Shown piece after piece: positions 25,212 to 32,000 of a stretch of 32,000 nucleotides of DNA; positions within the stretch are counted from its first letter, which is position 1, and each line of letters starts with the position of its first letter. The stretch is from NCBI GenBank assembly GCA_000503915.1, contig CP006915.1, positions 180,001 through 212,000 of the forward strand. The letters run 5' to 3'. The position numbers and the translations under genes were made by a program. Source of the stretch: Candidatus Saccharimonadota bacterium. Lineage in GTDB: Bacteria; Patescibacteriota; Saccharimonadia; Saccharimonadales; Saccharimonadaceae. The notes under the pieces were generated by a model. It saw nothing but the letters and a program-made list of their open reading frames with translations, searched no databases and was not told the DNA's origin.

Positions 25212-25371
25212 ATCACGAGTATACTCCTATGGCCATAAAGACACTTCTGCGGCTGGCAGTTGGGGCAAGATTATCGGCAGACAAGCTGCCTCCTCCGCTT
25301 ATTCATTCTGGCAAAAGTAAACTTTTCCAGAATTTCACTGCACTTCGCGACCAGCGACTGAATGGCAGGAT

Positions 25372-25488
25372 TATCGCTCGCTTTGCTCGCTCCTCCGCTT
25401 CGAAAGGGACACGTGCAAGCACGAGTTTCCTTTCTCCGCTTCGCGACCCAGCGACCATGCGCCACTTCATGGCGCGGTCGCAGAACCA
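25372..25488 (-). repeat. tRNA-downstream conserved element, copy 2 (inverted relative to copy 1)
   Basis: Core 25372-25461 matches the reverse complement of 18221-18310 at 86 of 90 positions. It is preceded on the minus strand by the stem GCGACC/GGTCGC. Confidence 0.85.
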
Positions 25489-25540
25489 AACCCAAGCCCA
25501 ACCATGAAATAACGACCACTAAATGGTGATCGTGATTTCA

Positions 25541-25618
<78 letters not shown>

Positions 25619-25651
25619 ACAAAATGTTATCATGACCTGGCCTATTTCATA

Positions 25652-25714
25652 CTCATAACCACGGTTATGAGCGAACGATACGACATGGAGCTGACCAGAC
25701 TGCTCCACCCCGCG
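25652..25714 (-). pseudogene. tRNA-fMet 5'-half remnant
   Basis: 25688-25714 is an exact 27-nt copy of tRNA positions 1-27. It is followed by a 16-nt filler and CTCATAACC, which here forms the hairpin CTCATAACC-GT-GGTTATGAG. Confidence 0.75.
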
Positions 25715-25742
25715 TTACATCTCCTACTCTAACAGATGTAGC

Positions 25743-26189
25743 TCACTTCTGCAAGCTACGATAGGCGCCACCAAATAGGAAATTAATCCACTGCTGGATA
25801 TTACTCTCACTGACTCGCCGCGGCGTTTCCTCAGCTGTCGCCTCACCGCCAGCCGATTTGGCAGCCACGGAATTTGGCGGCAAGATGAGTACCTTCTCCC
25901 CCGGTAGTATTAAGCCGAGCCGTTCACGAATGGCGAGCTCCTTGTACTCATCGCTCTCGTAGTACTTTTGCTGGTAACGCAATGTGTCTTTCTCCAGTTC
26001 GACAAGTGTTAGCTCACGCTGCTTGTGGTTGAGCTCCTTTTGCAAGTTATAGTTTCGCTCCATCGCCTGCACCGACCCCCACGCCCAACTGGCCGCAATA
26101 AGCAGGGCGATTGCCACCACAACATTATTCATCGTGAAATAGCGATGACGGAAATGGTAGTAGGTTTTACGGAGATTTATGTTTTTCAT
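25743..26189 (-). CDS. Septum formation initiator family protein (FtsB/DivIC-like)
   Basis: N-terminal TM helix, then a coiled coil (LQKELNHKQRELTLVELEKDTLRYQQKYYESDEYKELAIRERLGL). Confidence 0.7.
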   Translation of the reverse strand: MKNINLRKTYYHFRHRYFTMNNVVVAIALLIAASWAWGSVQAMERNYNLQKELNHKQRELTLVELEKDTLRYQQKYYESDEYKELAIRERLGLILPGEKVLILPPNSVAAKSAGGEATAEETPRRVSESNIQQWINFLFGGAYRSLQK

Positions 26190-26212
26190 AGCACGGGTAT
26201 GCGTTTACCTCC

Positions 26213-26232
26213 ATTATAGCAGATGCTATAAT
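26213..26232. promoter_or_regulatory. Back-to-back divergent extended -10 promoters forming a perfect palindrome
   Basis: ATTATAGCA-GA-TGCTATAAT. Reads TGCTATAAT on both strands, toward ftsB-like (minus) and toward the tRNA leader (plus). Confidence 0.6.
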
Positions 26233-26245
26233 TACCCAGTACCAT

Positions 26246-26300
26246 GGGGGTGTAGCCGGGTGTAGCCCCGCCTGTCTGACCGACAGAACGGGCAGGTCAG
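26246..26300 (+). repeat. tRNA-leader element copy 2
   Basis: GGGGGTG-TAGCC(GGGTGTAGCC)CCGCCTGTCTGACCGACAGAACGGGCAGGTCAG. Confidence 0.8.
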
Positions 26301-26338
26301 CGGATAGAAAGCGGGCATTTAAAATTTACTTCTGGCTT

Positions 26339-26414
26339 GGGGCTGTAGCTCATCGGTTAGAGCAGGCGGCTCATAACCACTTGGTAGTAGGTTCGATTCC
26401 TACCAGCCCCACCA
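26339..26414 (+). tRNA. tRNA with CAU anticodon, tRNA-Ile2 (lysidine)-like
   Basis: GGGGCTG-TA-GCTCATCGGTTAGAGC-A-GGCGG-CTCATAA-CCACT-TGGTA-GTAGGTTCGATTCCTAC-CAGCCCC-A-CCA. The TAGAGCAGGCG.CTCATAA...CTTGGT stretch resembles E. coli ileX. There is a C29:A41 mismatch. Confidence 0.8.
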
Positions 26415-26441
26415 GAAGCAAGTTTTAAACGTTGGTCGCCG

Positions 26442-27233
26442 CTACGCACTCAACCTATGCGAATCACGCATAGGTGTTTTCTGACCGTCTTTTGCAACCT
26501 TAAATGTCAGCTGGTATTTTTGATAGTCGGCGTTCTTCAGTATAATCCTCAACTTTATGTCATTCGTATAGAACTTCTGTAAGTCCTGACCGACACGTGC
26601 CGGTATACCAGTATCATCGATCGCCGCCAGCAAAGCTTCGAGGTATCGTCCGTACTCCGCCACCTGTTCTGGTGGCTCGTCGAGGGAGTGATACTTCATC
26701 AGAGCATGATCAAGATGTAGGTCACCTTCGACGTTCACAATACGACGAGCGTGTGCGAGTATGAGATTGTAAAATTTCTGGAAGGCCACGACAAAATGCT
26801 TTTTCTGCGTATCGTTGTTCATCGCTTCATACTGGATAGTGCTTAGCTCGTTCAGCCCAAAACGTTCGACTGCTTCTCGGACTTCCGGCACTTTCGTACC
26901 AATCGTGCGGATAACATTATCAAGCGGTCGCTCCCTGGGAAGATCGTCAGCCAGGTCATAGGCTCGTCCACCCACCAGCTCCTCGAAAGCAGTCAGCGGC
27001 CGAATAGCATGGCGAGCAATATCCTCACGGCGTATACGTTCAACGCTCTCTTCTAGTGTAGCCGGGCGCTCATACTGAGCATGTTCCCGCTCATGATACG
27101 GGAGTTTTTTCGTGGCTACATCGGCACGATCGTCATCGGGCATATCAGGGTAGTCATCAATCGAGCGGACGTCGCCCTCGTCATCTACAAAGATACGAGG
27201 TTTGTCAGTACCGTTGCTAAGTACTTCTGTCAT
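26442..27233 (-). CDS. Hypothetical cytoplasmic protein with an acidic N-terminus
   Basis: 263 aa. Minus strand reads TTGACT-17 nt-TAAAAA-6 nt-ATG. Confidence 0.7.
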   Translation of the reverse strand: MTEVLSNGTDKPRIFVDDEGDVRSIDDYPDMPDDDRADVATKKLPYHEREHAQYERPATLEESVERIRREDIARHAIRPLTAFEELVGGRAYDLADDLPRERPLDNVIRTIGTKVPEVREAVERFGLNELSTIQYEAMNNDTQKKHFVVAFQKFYNLILAHARRIVNVEGDLHLDHALMKYHSLDEPPEQVAEYGRYLEALLAAIDDTGIPARVGQDLQKFYTNDIKLRIILKNADYQKYQLTFKVAKDGQKTPMRDSHRLSA

Positions 27234-27398
27234 ATCTATTTTTTATCATAAAACGTTATAAAAGTCAACAGACGCTACTACAGTGACGGTTGCTTAAGCA
27301 CCTTTTGGTTGATCGGCACTGGGCAGCGGGTGCGCTTTGTTGTAGCGCTCCTGCCAGATGCGGTATTCGCGCGAGTTCTCGCCACCTAATTTTTCTGC

Positions 27399-27713
27399 CT
27401 AGCTCTTGGTTAGCGCGCGCCGCGCTATAAGATGAGCCATCTGCTTTGCGTCCACGCCCAGTATCGACTCACCGTCGTAGGGTTCCTCGCTGAGTCCTGG
27501 TGGCAAGACAGCCATTTCATCAGCGTGGTCACGGTCACTTTCAAAGCTGCGCACATTCCCCGAAGGTCGGCGCCTACGAACTGCTCGGCGCTGCTTATCA
27601 TCGGTCACTTTGTCAATTTTCTGGCGTGCTAGCCGCTCAGCGTGCAGCCTGTCTTTATCCTCGTCTGGTGTATAGCCGAGGTCGACAAATGCTTCGCTTT
27701 CGTGACTGCTCAT
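27399..27713 (-). CDS. Highly charged small hypothetical protein (104 aa)
   Basis: Start trimmed to ATG 27713 (MSSHESEAF..). TGGTATACT lies 6 nt upstream. Confidence 0.55.
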   Translation of the reverse strand: MSSHESEAFVDLGYTPDEDKDRLHAERLARQKIDKVTDDKQRRAVRRRRPSGNVRSFESDRDHADEMAVLPPGLSEEPYDGESILGVDAKQMAHLIARRALTKS

Positions 27714-27757
27714 GCGCGGAGTATACCATAAGCAGCACAAAAAGTCAATAGCCGAGT

Positions 27758-28867
27758 CTATTCCCAGCGGAAGACTTTGAAAGCGATAGCGTAGATAATA
27801 ACCAGCCAAATCGCCAGTAAGCCAATCTGCGGACCAAGATCAACCAAGTGCTTACCTTCGGTGGTGATCAGGCGAATGCCGTCGATCACTGGGGTCAGGG
27901 GCAGGAAGCCGGAAATGTTCTGCAACCATTCCGGCATCAGAAAGCGTGGGAAAAATGTACCAGAGAGGAACATCATCGGAAAGACGACGATGTTTGACAG
28001 TGGTGCTGCCTGTCGCTCATTTTTCGCCCAGCCGCCCAACGCCAGACCGATACCGAGGATAGTGATAATTCCGAGGATCAAAAAGATACTGAGCTCAAGG
28101 TAGCTTCCCACTACTTGCAAGTGGAAGACGACGATGGCAACCACAAACATAACAGCAATGCTCAGTAGGCCGATTGCCGCTTGACCAATCATGGTCGACA
28201 AAAAATATTGCCAGACTTTGAGCGGTGTGGTGCTGAGGCGACGGAGAATCCCCATTTTCTTAAGCTCTGGGAAGACGTTGACCGGACCAAAAATACCCAT
28301 GCCGATGATGGCAAAACCAAGCAGGCCGGCAAAAGTATAATCAAAGGCCGAGAGGCTTCTTTCGTTAAGCTCCTTGCCCTTCACGGTAAACGGTGCCTTG
28401 GTTGGTACAAACTGGGCATTCATCTGCTTGAACTGAGCATCGAGAATCGACGTCAGCGCCGTACCCGACTGCTGGTTATTCTGTGTATAGACCACCTCGG
28501 CTTGTCCGCTTGGGAACGTATCGCCCTTTTGAATCCCACCAAATCCTGCCGGTAGCACGATCGTGGCGTCGATCTCTGAGCGGCTCATTTTCGCTTTGGC
28601 TTCATCGAGCGTTTTGACGTCTTTATTTACCTTGAGGACTTTGCCATCTTTTAACTTGCCCTCGAATTGCTTCGCCACCACACTATCAGACTTGTTGATA
28701 AGAGCTATATTGAACGAGACATCGCCGCTGCCACTATTGAGGCCACCGAAGACGAACAAGAAGATCAGCGGAAAACCAATCGTAAAGAAGATCGCCAGTT
28801 TGTCACGGAAAAAGCGGCGTGTGTTGATACGCACAAAAGTCATGACTGTATAGAGTGAGCGGTTCAT
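27758..28867 (-). CDS. ABC-2 type transporter permease
   Basis: 369 aa, with an N-terminal TM helix, a large loop, then 5 TM helices. The start overlaps the ATPase stop (TAATG). Confidence 0.85.
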   Translation of the reverse strand: MNRSLYTVMTFVRINTRRFFRDKLAIFFTIGFPLIFLFVFGGLNSGSGDVSFNIALINKSDSVVAKQFEGKLKDGKVLKVNKDVKTLDEAKAKMSRSEIDATIVLPAGFGGIQKGDTFPSGQAEVVYTQNNQQSGTALTSILDAQFKQMNAQFVPTKAPFTVKGKELNERSLSAFDYTFAGLLGFAIIGMGIFGPVNVFPELKKMGILRRLSTTPLKVWQYFLSTMIGQAAIGLLSIAVMFVVAIVVFHLQVVGSYLELSIFLILGIITILGIGLALGGWAKNERQAAPLSNIVVFPMMFLSGTFFPRFLMPEWLQNISGFLPLTPVIDGIRLITTEGKHLVDLGPQIGLLAIWLVIIYAIAFKVFRWE

Positions 28868-29622
28868 TATTCGCCCTCTCTTAGATCTTTGCCGGTCAGG
28901 TCGATAAAGACGTCCTCAAGATTAGCTTGCTCAACCTGTTGTTTCTTGGTAAAGCCGCGTTTTAGCAGTGCTTTGACGAGGTTTTTCGGCGTATCGATGG
29001 CAATGATCTTGCCGGCATCCATGATAGCGATCCGATCGCATAGGATTTCGGCTTCGTCCATGTAGTGGGTTGTCATGATAACACTAATGCCTCTCTCGCG
29101 GACTTGTTTGATTAAATCCCAGAGGTGGCGGCGTGCCTGCGGGTCAAGGCCAGTGGTCGGTTCGTCAAGGAAAAATACCTTTGGACCGTGCACCAGCGCA
29201 GTGGTAATACTGAGGCGCTGTTTTTGACCGCCCGAGAGATCTTCGACGTAGCTATTCGCCTTTTCTTCCAGCTCGACGTCGCGCAGGAACTGCATCGCAT
29301 CAACTTTCTCGCCGTAGGCAGCGGCAAACATTTCAATGACTTCTTTGAGTTTCGTCTTATCTTGAAAAGCTGGAGATTGTGGCTGGACACCGATCAGGTA
29401 TTTGATTTTTTGCGAGTCTTTTGCCACATCTATTCCATTAATCGAGACACTGCCACTGTCAATCGGCCGGAGCGCTTCCATCATTTCGAGCGTTGTAGTT
29501 TTACCAGCGCCGTTGGGACCGAGGATACCAAAAATTTCACCCTTTTTGACACTGAAACTGACGCCATCGACCGCTTGCTTATCGCCGTAGCGCTTCTTAA
29601 GATCTTTTACTTCTACCATCAT
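28867..29622 (-). CDS. ABC transporter ATP-binding protein
   Basis: Walker A GPNGAGKTT, signature LSGGQKQRL, Walker B FFLDEPTTGLD. Start trimmed to MMVEVKDLKKRYG. Confidence 0.9.
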   Translation of the reverse strand: MMVEVKDLKKRYGDKQAVDGVSFSVKKGEIFGILGPNGAGKTTTLEMMEALRPIDSGSVSINGIDVAKDSQKIKYLIGVQPQSPAFQDKTKLKEVIEMFAAAYGEKVDAMQFLRDVELEEKANSYVEDLSGGQKQRLSITTALVHGPKVFFLDEPTTGLDPQARRHLWDLIKQVRERGISVIMTTHYMDEAEILCDRIAIMDAGKIIAIDTPKNLVKALLKRGFTKKQQVEQANLEDVFIDLTGKDLREGE

Positions 29623-29674
29623 ATCTTTAGCTATTATACATCTGCCTAGAGGGGTTCGCCAGAGAAAAAGGCAC

Positions 29675-29702
29675 AAAAAAGCCTCGCTGTCATCACGAGG
29701 GC
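29675..29702 (-). terminator. Rho-independent terminator after the small gene at 29798-30004
   Basis: Minus strand reads GCCCTCG-tgatgacag-CGAGGC followed by TTTTTT. Confidence 0.7.
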
Positions 29703-29797
29703 TACTGCGGGCCGCTCGCTCGGACATAAGTGCGAGGCATTTTTGGCACCTGTTTGTTTGATACTACTGTATCACCAAACGTGCTTATGGTGCAAGA

Positions 29798-30004
29798 TTA
29801 TTTTTTCTTAGAAACAGTCAGGAAACCGTTGCGTGGGTTTTCTTTGACAACGCGGTCTGCTGGCAGGTCGGTTGGAGTACCTTTTTCGTTTTTCTCTACC
29901 TTCGCGAAGAAGTAGATAGTTTGTGGTTTACCACCACGGAGCGTGACATCGGTCTTGTGCAGGTAGTAGGTGACGCCCTTCGAGTTAGTGTGTTTGTAAG
30001 CCAT
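29798..30004 (-). CDS. Conserved-looking small basic protein (hypothetical)
   Basis: MAYKHTNSKGVTYYLHKTDVTLRGGKPQTIYFFAK.. AGGAGGT SD is present. Confidence 0.7.
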   Translation of the reverse strand: MAYKHTNSKGVTYYLHKTDVTLRGGKPQTIYFFAKVEKNEKGTPTDLPADRVVKENPRNGFLTVSKKK

Positions 30005-30071
30005 TGGTTAATACCTCCTATTAGTTCTTACAACTGTAAGAGTACCCCTTGCGTCCCTCCCTGTCAACACT

Positions 30072-30695
30072 TTAAATACTTTGGTAGTGTTTCTGGAGCA
30101 TCATCCGTAGTAGCGCTAGGCCAAGCAAACGGAGAAAAATCAGCAAGCCTAAAAAGGCACTGATAAGGAGTGAGAAGCCGGCAAAATCAGGCGACCACAG
30201 GGGACTGGCAAACTCATGGCGATAGAGGCTAGGGTCGGGCAACTGGGCTTTTTTCGAACCATAATAGCCGGCCGGATACTTGGCAAGCTCGCTCGCAAAA
30301 CACTGAACATAGGCCTGCGAATAACCACTGTATTGCTGTTTGCACGTTGCATCCGCCTTTGCATTGATATTATCTTTGCTGCTGGCGCTTGCCATCTGAA
30401 TAGCTTTTTGGGTATCGCGCCTATACTGCCCTTCCAGATAGACCACACCGCTGTCCGCATTCATATGTGTGCCCGAATGGCGCTGCAAATCATAAAGGCG
30501 TTGCTGGATCGCCGTCGCGTCGCCTTGTTCATCGGCATTGAGTACAGCGGTGCGACGCTCGATCATACCGATATTATTCAGTCGTAGGAAGGTCGCCGAG
30601 ATCAAGCCAAACAAGATCACCAAGAGGACAAGCTGCCACGTCTTAATACGCTGCAACTCCTTGATGCTTCGCCTTACTGTTCGTTTATTCTCCAC
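30072..30695 (-). CDS. Bitopic membrane protein (hypothetical)
   Basis: GTG start. TGCTATACT promoter at about 30742-30734. N- and C-terminal TM helices. Confidence 0.65.
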   Translation of the reverse strand: MENKRTVRRSIKELQRIKTWQLVLLVILFGLISATFLRLNNIGMIERRTAVLNADEQGDATAIQQRLYDLQRHSGTHMNADSGVVYLEGQYRRDTQKAIQMASASSKDNINAKADATCKQQYSGYSQAYVQCFASELAKYPAGYYGSKKAQLPDPSLYRHEFASPLWSPDFAGFSLLISAFLGLLIFLRLLGLALLRMMLQKHYQSI

Positions 30696-30748
30696 CTACA
30701 AGCTACCCAGCCTCACCTCTTTTACTGTTTTCCAGTATAGCACGCCTG

Positions 30749-31963
30749 TCAGCGCCGATAGAGCATGAAACGCGGTGTCATGATAAGGAGCGTCAGCCCG
30801 GCTGTAACCACGAAGAATACTCGGAGCCCCAGCTCGCCCGAATACAAGGCAAAGATCGCCGCAAGGATGAGTGCAGCGAAGCTCGCGCCAAAGTTTACCA
30901 TTATTTCAATAATATACAAGTAGGCAAGCCGTTTCCCCGATGAATCCGCCGCGTCAAACAGACCACGCGTGAACGCCATCGAATAGCCAGTGGTGCCGGC
31001 TTCATTCATAATATTGGCGAGGACGACGCTCGTCGGTGTCGAGATAAATGCTCGCATGAGGTGGATGAATGAATTAAAGATGGTGCTGAATTTTAGTAAC
31101 ACACCGCCCTTACGGCGATCGATCAGTTTTCCAAAGCTATACGACGCTGCCAAGGCAGCCACCAGCGAAACAGCGCTCAGTAGACCGACTTTGGCGTAAA
31201 TTTCGTCTCCGTCACCAGCGAAAACAATCACCGCCATAAATAGCGTCCAGCCTGTTCCGGTCGCAAAGACGTCGATCCCCACTCCCACTTCCGCGACGAA
31301 GCTTCGCCAGGTCGTTCGCCACGGAAACCCTTGAAAATCAAGTGTTTGATGCGTCTTTACGGGTTCACCTGTCCTAAAAAGCGGTACTGCGGCGAGCAAA
31401 AAGAGTACGGCTGCGATAATCATGACGATTTCTGGCCCCGCTACGAACGCCAAAAAGCCTCCCAGGATCGGGCTGACGCCGGAAGCGACTTTTTCCAATA
31501 TATTCATATAGGCGATTTCTTTGCCGGCATGCTCTACATTCTTCACTTTCGAGAAATCTACCATGTAGCTAAGGTCATAGAGACAGGTCGATGAAGCCTG
31601 GAATATCCACCACAGACCCAGCGCCCATAGGTGATACTCGGGTAACAGTGGCAAGAAGACCATACTGATTCCCGCTAAAATATTGCTCACTAGCGTGCTA
31701 TGTTTTGGACCAATTCTGGCAATAATGAGTGCCGCGGGCCAGGCGAAGAGAGTTTTATAGCCATAAAACGCTGCCCAGAAAAGAGCTAAGAATACGAGGC
31801 TATAGTGTTCCTGCAACAGATAGATAGAGGTAAAAACCGTCACCATACGCAGAGCAAACAAACGCATTGTACGCGAAGCATAGAGCTCAGCAACTTCATC
31901 AAAGGTAGCATAGCGCCAGAAATGACGCCGCAGTAGCAGACGATGGATGAATGATTTTAGCAT
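30749..31963 (-). CDS. MFS-like 12-TM transporter
   Basis: 404 aa, hydrophobic throughout. Confidence 0.75.
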   Translation of the reverse strand: MLKSFIHRLLLRRHFWRYATFDEVAELYASRTMRLFALRMVTVFTSIYLLQEHYSLVFLALFWAAFYGYKTLFAWPAALIIARIGPKHSTLVSNILAGISMVFLPLLPEYHLWALGLWWIFQASSTCLYDLSYMVDFSKVKNVEHAGKEIAYMNILEKVASGVSPILGGFLAFVAGPEIVMIIAAVLFLLAAVPLFRTGEPVKTHQTLDFQGFPWRTTWRSFVAEVGVGIDVFATGTGWTLFMAVIVFAGDGDEIYAKVGLLSAVSLVAALAASYSFGKLIDRRKGGVLLKFSTIFNSFIHLMRAFISTPTSVVLANIMNEAGTTGYSMAFTRGLFDAADSSGKRLAYLYIIEIMVNFGASFAALILAAIFALYSGELGLRVFFVVTAGLTLLIMTPRFMLYRR

Positions 31964-32000
31964 GTTTGTCTATGAATAAGTGGTTAATCCGCTTATGTTC

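Noticed and set aside
14196-25495. 12-nt identity GAACCAAACCCA between 14196-14207 and 25484-25495, considered as a link between the dinB-upstream element and the tRNA-fMet element
   Set aside because: A single 12-mer match is expected many times by chance in all-against-all comparison of a 32 kb window on both strands, and the flanking sequence shows no further similarity.

Overview
This 32 kb window looks like a compact, small-genome bacterial chromosome segment. Gene content suggests a Patescibacteria/CPR, Saccharibacteria-like organism; that is inference only, with no search run. Most genes are minus-strand housekeeping genes: dnaK (5' part), hrcA-grpE, lepA, murJ, ftsH, tilS, dinB, ftsB/divIC-like, an ABC-2 exporter pair and two MFS-type transporters. 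There are also several membrane or secreted hypothetical proteins.

The observations worth a second look are:

1. Five tandem type IV pilin paralogs, one of them frameshifted, sit between grpE and dnaK and split the classical hrcA-grpE-dnaK operon. Three CIRCE operators are kept.
2. A roughly 1.1 kb locus upstream of dinB (14163-15284) has little convincing coding sequence. Its only plausible ORF is 87 aa. The ORF is followed by about 500 nt of near-continuous perfect hairpins and long-range, topologically crossing helices, with hairpin ends that resemble each other. This is the best candidate for something undescribed, either a structured RNA or a hairpin-ended element relic.
3. All three tRNA(CAU) genes (elongator Met-like, initiator fMet, Ile2-like) lie within 8.4 kb. 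Each is flanked by conserved non-coding elements and by sense or antisense copies of pieces of itself.
4. Many genes have a TATAAT-like box exactly 6-7 nt before the ATG, which predicts leaderless mRNAs. Other genes have clear SD sequences.
5. A DUF3892 plus HNH-like nuclease pair lies next to a tRNA.
6. A pyridine-nucleotide disulfide oxidoreductase homolog lacks both redox cysteines and follows a stand-alone ATP-cone protein.

No CRISPR array, rRNA or intact transposase was seen. All family assignments are by eye from motifs and have not been searched against any database.
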